This document shows, in pieces, positions 26,901 to 39,309 of a stretch of 64,000 nucleotides of DNA. Under the pieces are notes generated by a model. The model ran no database searches. It was not told where the DNA came from and saw nothing but the letters and a program-made list of their open reading frames with translations. Origin of the DNA: Dimorphilus gyrociliatus (Eukaryota; Animalia; Annelida); NCBI GenBank assembly GCA_904063045.1, contig CAJFCJ010000010.1:1178001-1242000 (forward strand), given 5' to 3'. Each line of letters opens with the position of its first letter. Positions within the stretch are counted from its first letter, which is position 1. Position numbers and translations under genes: made by a program.

Positions 26901-29900
26901 AATTTCTTCTTTTCGTAGCTATTAAATATATTATATAATATAATATATATGCTATATATATATATATGAGTTTGTGTAAGTATATTGGGAGGTATATATA
27001 AACAAATATATATATATATATATATATTCAATTTGTAGATATATGAATAAATGACTAGAAACAGCTATACATTTCTTTTTAGACTGAAATAATAATCTTT
27101 TTTGGATGTTACTATAGAAACAGCATTGTAATCAATTTTATTTGTGACTTTATCAGTTTAAAATTCTTGTAGGAGTTTATATAATAGTTTAAAAAATGAA
27201 ATAAATAATTAATTTCCATCAAAATTAGATAATAAATAATGAAAGAACAAAAAATAAATATATCTTATGAATAATTAAAAAAAAAATATTCCCTTTTTTC
27301 ATTGTTTTCTTCTATACGATTTTAACATTAATATATATTATTTAGAAAATAATTACGCTGTTTTCTAATGTAAATACTGTAAATTTTCAGAATAATTATA
27401 CAGTTTAAAACCTGTTTTCTTAGCTAAAGTTGGACTCTGACAACTTTAAAAGGTAGAGACAGCCCTAATTAGAAAGGATAAATTATAGACAGTGGAAAAG
27501 AAGGGAAGAGTAGAATAAATAGAAAGGTTTTGCAATGAATATTCCAGGAATCGTTAATTTAGTTTAACTGAGGATGTAATTAATGGGAAAAAATGAAATA
27601 TTATTCTTTTGTCTATGATATAGACGACATATCTTACAGTCAGATTATTGTCGTTAAGCATATAAATTATCAAAATGCATTTATAACGGTTAGTAGATGG
27701 CTTTAAGTTGGAAGCGTCATCTATCGGTTCTAGCAGAATTCGATAATTACTGTGGTTTCTATACTAAGAATGACACTAGAACATGTACAGAATGGCTTTA
27801 ATCTTCGCATCAGCAGTTCTATTGCATTCGTGCCGCCAACGAAGCCTTTTGTGTTTATACATAAACTTGGAAACGAAAACTTTTCGGTCATGGCATAAAA
27901 GAAATATAGGTCAGACGGTGCACTATTTACCGGAGCGTAGTTCCCCATAAAAACTGTATTAATATCCGGAAATGGGAAATTTTGCAGTTCGAATCCAATT
28001 CCTTTCTTCCTGCGAATTGTTTTCTTTTGCATAGCTGCCTTTGTATTAATCCTAAAGCTTCTCCTGGGACAAATCAGGATAAAGTTGATAAGAGTCTGAA
28101 GGCAGAGTTGACTTTGATTTTACTGTAATGTTTATAGAAGGAGTTTTGTTATCTAAACAATTTCTCATTTTGTTTAATAGTCAACATTTATATAGCAAAC
28201 TAAAAAGGATGGAAACTGAGTTTCTTTCCTTACTACTAGGCAAGGTAATGTTCATCTATTTATTTGCCATTGATTAATTTGATAAGAGTCTAGAATTTCC
28301 CGAGGGTCATATTTAGCCGTATCTCTAAATAGGCTACTCTTTCCCATGGTTTTTCCTTTTCAGAAATAAACACAATCTTATATGATTTATGCATAATTAA
28401 AGATTATCTTATAAGACAATCTCGCCAAATGATCAGTAACCCTAGAGCTTTGATTTTTCTATTATCTTTCCTTTTACCGCCTTCAAAAATATAAAAGAGT
28501 TAGATTCTTTACAGTCAGAAAATGGAAATATTGGAAAATGGATATCTTTTAGGGCACTTATCTACTTTCCAGACCATATCAAATTAAAAATAATCCTTGT
28601 AATGCACTACAAGTTCAATAATAGTAATCCAACATAAATTATTATTATCATTTATATGTGTTGAAAGTAAAGGTACTTAGTAGCTGAAAAATTTTTACCC
28701 CTTTTCCTTCTTAAATGCTTTCATATATAAGAGAACATCAATATGCTCAGAGTCTAGTATTCACTGAGCCAACTCGGACTTGTGTAAATGGAAGCCTTTT
28801 ATTGCGCAAGTAACTTATATTTGTCATATGAATACTAAGATTTGCTTTAAATCTTTTATGCTACTAAAGGTCGGCAACATCGAAAAACTATATCTTATTT
28901 TTATGCTGCAGGAAAATTTCTTGTTATATCTACTCCTTTCGCTTTACAATCTTATTGCTTTTACAATAGATTTCATATATCGGAAATGAAATTCTAACTC
29001 ACGTAGGCCTATTTATTATGGAATATGAAAAAATTGCACTATTTGATTTTACACCTGTATAGAACAAAATCACGTTCGGCTATCGAAATCCGACTTAATG
29101 CTATTGACAAACTTTTGTTTACATTAATCAAAATATCGCGTAAGTCAGCCAATTTTTTCCACAAAATCCTTCTTCAATGCATTTTTTGCTCTTTATAAAT
29201 CATATCAAATGTTGTATAATCGTGTACATGCATTTCCTGTTATATAAAAAGGTTTTCAACAATACCCTTCAAATCCACTGTCTAATCATTTTAATAAAAG
29301 AGGCTTAAAGAAAAGCACAGGCACGTCTTACTCAACAAATTTATTTCCATTCTGTTCCATTTTGATTATTGGTAATTTTTCTCATTCTAAAGACAACATA
29401 ATGTTTCATTTTGAAGGAAAACAAATCATCTCATCACTTGACAGCATCAGTTCCGGAATTAAGGAATAATTCCCATAATACAATACGTCTACTTCCGATC
29501 TGGCTTCAGTATTACCAGCTGGTCGCCAAAAATATTTATTGCTTATAGTTTGCATAATTTCTCCTATTTAAACAACCAATTACAACGATTTAGAGGATAA
29601 GAGTTGTTTTGAAGGATTGCCCAACTAGCTTTCAGACTATAATATAAAAATGTTTAAAATCGATTAAACAAAATCATTAAAGATTAAAGTTAATAAATTT
29701 TTCTCTATTTTCTTATAAAAGAAATTTGGTAAATGTTTAATCTGGTAAACCTCTTTCAAGTTTAAGCATATTAGAAAAGTGTTATATAACAAAACAGATG
29801 GAGAAAGAGAAAGCGGAAAAAATACTTAAGAGAGAGAGATAGAGAGAGGTAGGAAGGACAACGGAAGGAGGAAAGAAAAAGTGAGATAGATAGATGATGC

Positions 29901-31699
29901 CTTCCATTTGATATATAAATATATATTTATAGAGAAAATACGTCAAGTATTAACATCATAAAAAAGATATATCAATAGTCATTCACTCGCGTTCATAAGT
30001 ATTTTTATACTTTTATTTATTGCTATAATATAGAAGAAAAGGACGAAAAAAATTAATAACAACAAACAATTTAGTTTTTTTTCGTGAACGTGTCCGATGT
30101 AAAACGCTCGCAGAGAAAGAAGTTAGATTTGAGCAAAAATTTCTAAGTATAATTTTCACTACGATGCAGATATAAAGTCGAAATATTAATAAAAACAGGA
30201 AAAAAGAAAACAAAGTTTAGAGAATTTGCACTAGAATTGATTATATATATAGTTTCTGCATATATAATCCATTTTTTCTGTATATAGCGTTTAGAAACCT
30301 GTCGGTGTGTAGGAGAAACAAACGAATATGCATATATATATACATATTTATGTATATATCCCTTTATATGTATATATATATATACATACATAACTTATTA
30401 TTATCATTATTATAACAAAAAAAATTCATAATAATAATAATAATAAACTTACACACATATATATATATATATAAATATATAGTATGTACTGTATATTATA
30501 TACATATATATATATATATACGAGTGTAACAATACTTATTTATGTACATATCTATATACATATATAAGTCTCATGTTTTTAATATAATATAGAAATTTAT
30601 GGATTTAAGTATATACCTAATTAATACACATAATAAACTGCATATTTATAATACAGTAATAAAAGTTGTTTTTCAAAAAAGTTATTAGAACAAACTAACA
30701 AAGAAGAAAACAACAGCACCAAAATTCGAACACCTCCGACAGGCAGCCGAAGACGGACAGGAAAAGTGTGTCGGATCGAAAATGGAGGTCACCACTCGGC
30801 CTAAGTTAACAAGGCATTTGTGGAAGTATATGTGTAAGGAAGAAGGGGAAAGAAAGAAATTGGGGATCGAAAATTCCCTCTTTTCCTTTTCTTTTAGTTG
30901 TTTTGTACTACTCGTGTGAAACTTTTTATTTGAGCACCATTTCCTTTTAACTTCTACTGTGCATAAAATAATAAACGAAAGCATCACGGGTTACCGGTCC
31001 TGTTTTACTTATTATAGCTTTAAGGATAACAAAATGACTGTTTTGAGCTCGTTTCTCATTGATTATGTATGGAGCGATAAAAGTGATAATGACCTAACAA
31101 TAAAATCAATTTTTTAGTCAATGTATATCGTATTTCTTACCAACTATACAGTATATAGTTGGAAAGATTACTTCAGATTTATGATAAATGTGTTATGAAA
31201 CTGTAATTTCAGTTTTGTTTAACTTTTTTTTAGTAAACACATATTTCATTAAATCAGATTATGATTAAATAGTTGCATTCTAAATTATTGCAAACTTTTG
31301 CTTCCAATTTTCTCTCATACAAGTGAATTGTAATAAAATTATTTTAGATTTTCTCATGAAATATGATTGTTGATCAATACTGCAGGCTTTTCTCGCAATA
31401 AAATTTATACACTATATCCTAAGGGACTAAATTGCATTTCGTAAAATTAAATTAACATGCTTTTGACATATTAAAGAGTGAATTAATTCGAATGAGGCTT
31501 TTAATGCAGGAACTAAGAGTTAAAAAAATTCTATTTTCAGATTTATTCTAATCTGGTCTTAAAGTTTTATATTAATAAACTTTTTTCTACTTGATTGCTT
31601 TTCTTTACTGCTAACTCTTCAGTATTCATGTTAATCTTCTGCCTTCTCTTAGTGTTCCCTCCCCTGGCTGATTCTTGTCTCTCTGCATCTCTCTCTCTC

Positions 31700-31735
<36 letters not shown>

Positions 31736-32095
31736 AAAACTTTCTACTTAAATATATACAAATGTAATAAAATTTACATATTAATATCTATTTATAGTAG
31801 AAATATAATTGGTATATTTTAAGAAAAAAATTAATCGTTTTCTCTTACTCCATCTTTCGATGTGTTTATCTCACTATCGGTCTTTCCTATTTCTATTCTC
31901 CAAAATTACTTTTTATAATTTACATTTTATGAGAATTGAACATATTTTCGGACGGATGAAAAATAAGAGACTACACCTATTTTGCTCTTTTTGGAAATGG
32001 CACTCTTCAAAAGAACTCTTGGATAGACATAGTACTTTGTAGCTCTTTCTATAAAAGAAAGTTGAACAAGAATTAGGCCAAGATGTGTCCACCAC

Positions 32096-33412
32096 CTACG
32101 TTCCTACATACCCCCTGCCGCTGTCGTGTCTGTAGAAGTTGTTAAAATTTGCTACAACTACCGGAACCGGAAGTGCAATAGTTAGTACTCCCGCAATAAC
32201 GCACACTGCGCCTACCAACTTGCCCCAGACGCCCACAGGCGTAACGTCTCCGTAACCTACCGTCGTCATGGTGACGATAGCCCACCAGAAAGCACCCGGT
32301 ATTGATTCAAATTCTGAATCTTTTTCGCCAAGGTCCGCGTAATAAGCAGCGGATGAGAAGATAACCATAGCAACTAGAAGGAAGAAAAAGAACATCCCAA
32401 GTTCTCTCATACTGCTTTTAATAGTTAATCCTAAGATGCGTAAGCCTTGAGAATGCTTAGACAATTTGAAGACACGGAAGACGCGAAGGACACGTATGAC
32501 AATCAACGATCCTCCTTTGCTCTTCTCCTCAGTACAGTTTTCCGCAGACATATTCATTATTAATATTACGAAGAATGGAAGAATTGCCATGACATCAAAG
32601 ATGTTCATGAGACTTTTTGAAAATTCCCACTTCGAAGGACAGCTCAGGTATCTGAGAATAAACTCCAGAGTAAACCATGCTACACACATCGATTCGACGA
32701 CGAAAAATGGATCATTGTAGTTCTTTACTTGGTAGACAGCTCCACTGGGTGTAGTGCTATTAACACAGTCTGGTCTCTCAAACATTGGAAGAGTCTCCAT
32801 ACAAAAATTAACTATAGATGCAACTATACAAGCAACGCTAACTAAAGCAAATACTTTGGCTGATTTAGATGAATCCGGCTCTTCTAGGAACATCCATAAG
32901 CGTTTTTGTAAAGAGTTAACTGGCATAGGTTTTTCCTCTTCCATTAGGAAACCCTCCTTCTCTTTATAATCCTTTATGATATCATCACCAATTTCATAAA
33001 ACTCCAGTTCTTCCAGGAAAATATCTTCAGGTACTTCAATAGGCCTTCTAAGCCTCCCTCCAGACTGGTAATAATAAAGAACGGCTTGAAAGGACGGCCT
33101 ATGGCGGTCGATAAAGAATTCGTTTCGCCTCCCATCCCAGAACTGACGCCGTTTAATCGGATCGCCGAGTAACGTGTCGGGAAATCTGTTGAGCGTCCTT
33201 AATTGCGTCTCGTACTTGGCTCCGGAGACATTGATGATGATCCGCTGGCAACCGGCACTGTGGCAGTCATGGCCTTCGTCCAATGTTTCGTTTTTGGCAA
33301 CCAACTCAAGAGCATGAGCCGTACTTGCTGCATTCTCATATTTGCTGCAGGAAAGACGAGGTGGTGTATTATATTGAAAATAATCTGGACGATATTGGAA
33401 GAAGAAATTCAT
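32096..33412 (-). CDS. Sh: Shaker/Kv1 voltage-gated potassium channel; main exon (internal acceptor at 33344; contiguous ATG at 33412)
   Basis: T1 domain RIIINVSG...ETQLRTLNRFPDTLLGDP...YYYQSGGRLRRP, S4 IRVLRVFRVFKLSKHS, pore FWWAIVTMTTVGYGD, S6 ALPVPVVV. Core is uninterrupted. Confidence 0.95.
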   Translation of the reverse strand: MNFFFQYRPDYFQYNTPPRLSCSKYENAASTAHALELVAKNETLDEGHDCHSAGCQRIIINVSGAKYETQLRTLNRFPDTLLGDPIKRRQFWDGRRNEFFIDRHRPSFQAVLYYYQSGGRLRRPIEVPEDIFLEELEFYEIGDDIIKDYKEKEGFLMEEEKPMPVNSLQKRLWMFLEEPDSSKSAKVFALVSVACIVASIVNFCMETLPMFERPDCVNSTTPSGAVYQVKNYNDPFFVVESMCVAWFTLEFILRYLSCPSKWEFSKSLMNIFDVMAILPFFVILIMNMSAENCTEEKSKGGSLIVIRVLRVFRVFKLSKHSQGLRILGLTIKSSMRELGMFFFFLLVAMVIFSSAAYYADLGEKDSEFESIPGAFWWAIVTMTTVGYGDVTPVGVWGKLVGAVCVIAGVLTIALPVPVVVANFNNFYRHDSGRGYVGT

Positions 33413-33577
33413 CTGGCAATCAACATATGCCTGAGATAGATAGATTAACGGGTTATTCTCCTAATTATCAAGGAGGATAGTTCGGAGATATTAAAAAAAG
33501 AACGAATTTCGGAACGTTTTCGTCTATGTAATAGACGGGGACGCGTCAGGCACTCGTTCTGACGTTAGGGCAATGTA

Positions 33578-33585
33578 TGACGTCA
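33578..33585. promoter_or_regulatory. Perfect CRE upstream of the proximal Kv1 ATG
   Basis: TGACGTCA about 166 nt upstream of ATG 33412 in a CpG-rich patch (33500-33600). Confidence 0.5.
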
Positions 33586-36500
33586 CAGGAATAGCCCGAT
33601 GCTGATTTGATGCCTGAGGATAAGAGGAAGAGGAAGAAAGGATGCAAGGCAATGGATGGGAAAAGGTAATGGGGTTGTTTTTGTACTGTGAATGGTCTAA
33701 CTGAAGTCAATAATGAAGAAATCTCCCATCAAGTTTCTGTAGTTACATTATAGAAATTTCTCTACTTGTAGTTATTGAACAAAAGGAATAAGTTTTATAT
33801 GATATTTTTAAAACACCATCTTAAATTGACAGCTATCTTGGTTATACTCCTTATAATTAAATAATAATAATAATGGTAATTTCTATTATTATAAATTACA
33901 AGAGAATTCTCCGTCCGGGAATGCTATCTATAATTTAAAGGATAGAAAGCATTATAGAAAAACATAAGCGTCCTTTGATCCCTAAAAAAATATGTTTTGT
34001 GAAGGCCTTTAGCAAAAAATAGGACCCTCTTGGCTCGTTAATTTCCATATATTTATTCATTCATTATCAGATGCGAATAAGTCATATCTAATCAAAACCC
34101 TAAATAGTTTTCTTTAAAGAGAATTTACAAAATTAAGAGAATTCTTTGATTAAGGTTAAGCTCATGTTTTTAAGCTGAAAAGTCATTTAGTATTTTACCA
34201 CACCCAAATTAGAATCCTTTAACTTTCACTAGTATCAACAACTTATAGTGCTGATATTTTAATATATTTGTCATTATACACATGAAATACAAGTAAAATA
34301 CACGTTGAAAGGGGAATAGTTAAGTGAAAATGGGAATTTGTTGGTATAGTGATGAGAAGAACTGAAAATCTACAGCTTTTCTCTATCATTAGGGAATTTA
34401 AAATGAATGTCTTATTTTGTCCAAAAAATAGGCCTTCTAGCTGCTAATCAAGTCAATCGATTCGTCGGGGAAGAAGCGCTTCTTAAAGGGAATCATATTT
34501 TAGAAAACAATATGTTATTACCGAAAAAGTTGATAATTAAAAAAAAATATGCTTTATAATTGTTTTAGAGATGAAAAGAGATCTGAGGAAACCCATACTT
34601 TCCTTTTATCTAGAAAGAATATAGGAAAAAGTACTATTATAATAAATCAACATTTTAGTAATGGCGATGTATAGTATAGATTTTTTTAAAAAAAAAATGC
34701 ACTATCGATTTTACTTGAAGGTTTTTAAGTCTTTGTTTTCCACAAAATGATTTATTTCTCTAATTTTAATCCTATTAAGGAGTTGATAGACCTAATTCCT
34801 AAGTTAATTTGAAAAAAGACCGTTAAGGCAAAATAAAAAACATTTATTACATTTGATAGGTGCTTTTTAACAAGACTTATTGACATATGTTTCTCTTCAC
34901 AATTGAAAAAGATGATAAAACTCTCAAAGCGCTTATAAATGATCAACTTTTAGTTATACAATCCCCTATTTTATAATCCCTCTATAGTTTTTCAAGTGTC
35001 AATTTCTCTTCAAAGAAATATGGACAGGAATTTTCACAAGCAGATCTATTCATTTTGAAAGAGAATATTTCTGATTAAGGATTATTATCTCTTTCTGCTA
35101 ACTTAATTCCGTAATTATTTTATAAAGTCTATTAATTATTTTATCAATTAAAGCGTAGAGAAATTGAAATTAAATACTTTAATTACAAGAAAGTAAAGTT
35201 CAAAATAAGATTTAACCAATTATTTTGATGAAGATTTTGAGAGATTACCTAGAATCGATTTACAATTTTTAGTTTGAGTGAAAATCTTTGACTTTCTATT
35301 AACCTATTGATATTTATAGAAACCTTTTAATTCAGTAAAATCCAGCTCAGCCCACATACAAATGTATTTATAGTATTTATTCTATAAACTCCTTTTATTA
35401 AATATAGTAATTATTTCTTAATTAATTAGCGCATAGCATTAATTAATAGCTAATAGAAATGAAAAGTATTTATAAGCATTGTTAAGCCTTGCAAGATAAT
35501 CAAATCGGTTCAGAATGAAAATAAGAAAAAATTCTGCTCTGTTAAGCCTTTATAATTAAGTTAGTATTCTTCCAGAGAATTTACATGATTTTTGTCATTA
35601 TACTTTTTAAACTGCTAGAGTCAAAATATGAAAAATGCAAGTATATATAATGATTTGCCTATACGTTTGTGAAAGATATTCCTTTGTCGATCTGATAGCC
35701 CTAGGGAAAATTCCCTATCCATATAGTCATGACAGCCGTATATAACAGATTATAATAGGCAAAAAAATTGTTCGATGCAATCTCCTAGCACGCCTAATTA
35801 CACTAATCGAATTTCTTGCTTCACACGCGTCTATATGCTCCACCTATTCCATGGTCTAGAATTCCCCCAAGCGACCTTTTCTCAATTAGAATACTTTTTT
35901 TTATCATTTTAGGCTTGCAAATAGGCCGCCAGTTTAGCTAAACATTGAGATCGATTTCAACTAGTCTAATCCACAATCCAGCGATGACGGTAATACAATA
36001 TAAAAAAAAGGTCCATAAAAAGGGAGTATATATGGCTGTAAGCAGGAGTTTATGGTTTCCAGCCGGTCATTGATACTCAATTTCACCTCTTTTTCTATAG
36101 TTTTCTACTCCTTCCCCTTCGTGCTTCCTCACTCACTCACTCTCTTTCTCTTTCTCTCTCTCTCTTGCTATCTATCTTTGCTTATTATTTATATGTTTTA
36201 GTATAAATATCTGTTATCCGCTCTCCTTTTTTAATCAAATAATCTTTACCCACTAAGTGTTAATACTCTTAAATCCATTCATCTTTATTGGATAAATCAA
36301 ACGAATTGACAAAGAATTGTTAGTGACATTTTAAATTAATAGATGAATTGAATACGTTTTGAGACCCTTTTAGTCATGATAGACTAATCATCAAAAGCGT
36401 ATTAATAAAACGCTATTGAAACAATTTTTTACTATGTTAATTTATGAAAAGAAATGTGCCTTAAAAATTTTATAAATATAAAAAGCAAATGTCTCTATTT

Positions 36501-39217
36501 ATAAAGAAAGCATTAAAGACGGTAAATCCAATTTAGTACGGAAACAATACATTTTGTTTGCAATAGATAAATTAAGCTAATTTTAAAACTATTGATTGAC
36601 TCGGAACAGCTTTTAAAGAGATGTTTCTTTTCTTTCATAAAATCTACAAGAAGAAAGAACGTTGACTCAATTATCGAGAGTATGTAGGCCTGTATTGATT
36701 TATCTTTTTTTTGCCTTATAAACATATACAAAAGATATATATGTATATTTACTTTTCCAGCAAAATTCTGTGAAACCATTGGTAGAGTATTGAAAAGGTG
36801 AAAGTCTATCCCGGTGTATTGATTTTAATTAGCAAAAATTTAAAAATTAAATAGTGGTTCCATTTAATTTAATTACAAGTTTAAGGCTTGTTATTTCTAA
36901 TTACTGTTCCAAATAAGTTTAGCGAATACAAAGTAGGCTTAGAGCTTCGAGTGATAATGACTTTCATAAATTTTTAATTATCTTACGTGCTTTTTGTTCT
37001 AATTGCAATGCTAATATACAGAAGTTTTTATAGTGAAGTTTACTTATTAATATAGATAGCTTTACCGAGTATTTGGATCATTGAATAAATTTCGTACATG
37101 GTTAAGCTGTCACAAATTTGATTAAAAGGGCAAACTGGCGATTAATCAACCGATAAACCATCTAGTCATCTATTCTTGACAAATTCGACCATGAGAACGA
37201 CGTCTAAATTATCGAAAATTAACAACATAAGATAAAATCGTATACGTTTGTTAGATTATTCAGTTTCTTTAATTGTAGCTTCTTATTCTCTTATAAATTA
37301 TCACGTGACTGCACTTTAGTGGAATAAATGAATTAGTCTCTACGGAAGACATAACCTTTAAGATATCAACGATTGTCGAAAGAGACAATTAAAAAGTGTT
37401 TTGTTGTTTTTTATAGTTTTTAAAGAAATTAAAAATCTTGAGAAAATATAAAATTTATGATTATATCAATTCTATAGATATATTCTAAATGCATCCCTCT
37501 TGAACATTTATTGAATTTATCTCTCTATCGTAAATTTTCAATTAAATATGAGTTTGTAATAAATTCTCTTGAAAAAAGGGAAAAAAATCAGAAAATCAAT
37601 CAAACGTCTTTCAATTTATCTATTATTTAAGAAGTTTGCCAACGTTTTTCGCGATTTACGTTAATTACGAAACAATTTTCCCTTTAAAATTGTATCTTAG
37701 ACGGTTTCTTGCTTTATATACCTTGATATAAAATAAGTATAGTTTATGGACCACAATAAAACTAATACTATACAAATGATCATCTTTCTTGTCTTTTAGA
37801 ATAGTAATAAGTATCTATATTTCTTCAATAATTTGCCATTTCTTTCCCATATTATTTATTTTGGTAAATAATTTAGCAACTTTGTTAAAAAGATACTTGC
37901 GATCTTCTAAACCATAAACAATTATAAGTCTATAGAATATCATGAATAAATTATTTTACTATGGGAGAATAACCCTTATTGGGGAGAGATTTCTCTCCCA
38001 AAAACGTTGTAAAGAAAATTTTTTAGCAATCTATTTCCTTAAAGTAACACTTTCCTTCTAAAAGCATGTCTGTCTTCTATTGTTACATTAGAGATAAATA
38101 AATACATATGTTATCGTATTATACAGTTTTTTTTTCTTTACAGAAATAGATATTGATATACGCAATAACTTAAGAGAAGAAATAGCAAATCGTTTAAAGA
38201 AGAATATTTTAGCGAATGCTAAAAGGTTACATCTTCGTGATATAATAATCTTTAATAGATATTCTGTTTGATAATGAATGAATAAAAAAATAACAACGAG
38301 TTCAAGCGGCCTTTCAATTTCCTACACTCGCTAGCAAGGACTATAATTTTACTCTGCAATTGATCACGGTAAATAAGAGCTTGATTATCAATTGCTCATT
38401 TCTCTTGCCTTTCTCTAACACTTGATACATTATAATAGTTTGATGAATGAACTAATGGGATGGAAATATTCATTAATATATACAAGCTAAATATTATATA
38501 TGAAGCAGTATTAAGTAATACCCATTAAATATATGCAGCATGTACAGCATATATATACGCTATATATATATATTGCTTGCATTACTGAAATTACCGTGTG
38601 TTAGTGTAACTGTGTATGTGTATCTGTAAGTGTGTCTGTCTGCATATGTATATTTGTATGTATGTAATTTAAGATTTCAAGTTGGTCTACGCAAAACTAT
38701 TTTAAAGGATTTTTTTTGTTTAGTTAAATAAATCGACCAATGTAACGTTTTTTTAACATTTTCACCTTTCTACATATTTTAAAGTACATTATAAAATATA
38801 CATAGAACAAACCATTTATATATAATATATAGATATGAATACTTTCTCACTTGTTTTCGCCTTTAGCAATTGGATTTTATTATTTTTGTAAGGAAAAAAA
38901 AAGAGAGAGAGAATATTAACAATTTTTTCTCCTTTCTCATATATTTTTAGTTTATTTATTTGAAAAAAAATTCCTAGTTTATCATCTTCTCTCTCTCCCT
39001 TACTCACTTTTTATTTCTCTCTCCCTTTTTTATATTTTTAACCAGATTTGTACTGTAAAGAAATTAAAGAAGATAACAAAGATTATCAATAAATTTTAGT
39101 TTTTAACTTAGGCGTAGAGAGCATTGTTTTTTTCTCTCTGAATCAATTATTATAGTTGGTCAACTATAAATGTTTTGTTGAAAAAAGATAGATAATTTTG
39201 AAAAAATGATTAAAAAC

Positions 39218-39309
39218 CTCTTTTGAAAGCCATCAAAATAATCTGGTGTTCCACCGTGCTCATAGGCAAACGGCTTTCGAAAAGTCGACGATTGCAATCC
39301 TACAATCAT
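39218..39309 (-). CDS. Candidate alternative Kv1 first exon B (MIVGLQSSTFRKPFAYEHGGTPDYFDGFQK)
   Basis: ATG 39309, 30 codons + AG, donor AAGAG|GTTTTT (weak), phase 2 fits acceptor 33344. CpG island immediately upstream (39330-39420). Confidence 0.5.

Noticed and set aside
32466-33480. Plus-strand ORFs overlapping Kv1 (32466, 32754, 33203, 33283)
   Set aside because: Antisense shadows of a GC-richer coding exon; no motifs.
34471-34484. Short perfect palindromes (AAGAAGCGCTTCTT; also TAGGGAA-AA-TTCCCTA at 35702-35717, CAGGCA-N6-TGCCTG near 47009)
   Set aside because: Isolated, too short for miRNA hairpins or MITE ends; no target-site duplications.
35876-35908. ATG...AAAAG|GTCGCT phase-2 mini-exon (MIKKSILIEK) for Kv1
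   Set aside because: Very poor donor and A-rich low-complexity frame.
35913-35990. Plus-strand acceptor/donor-flanked segment antisense to Kv1
   Set aside because: Stops in all three frames and no partner exon; cannot be supported without RNA data.
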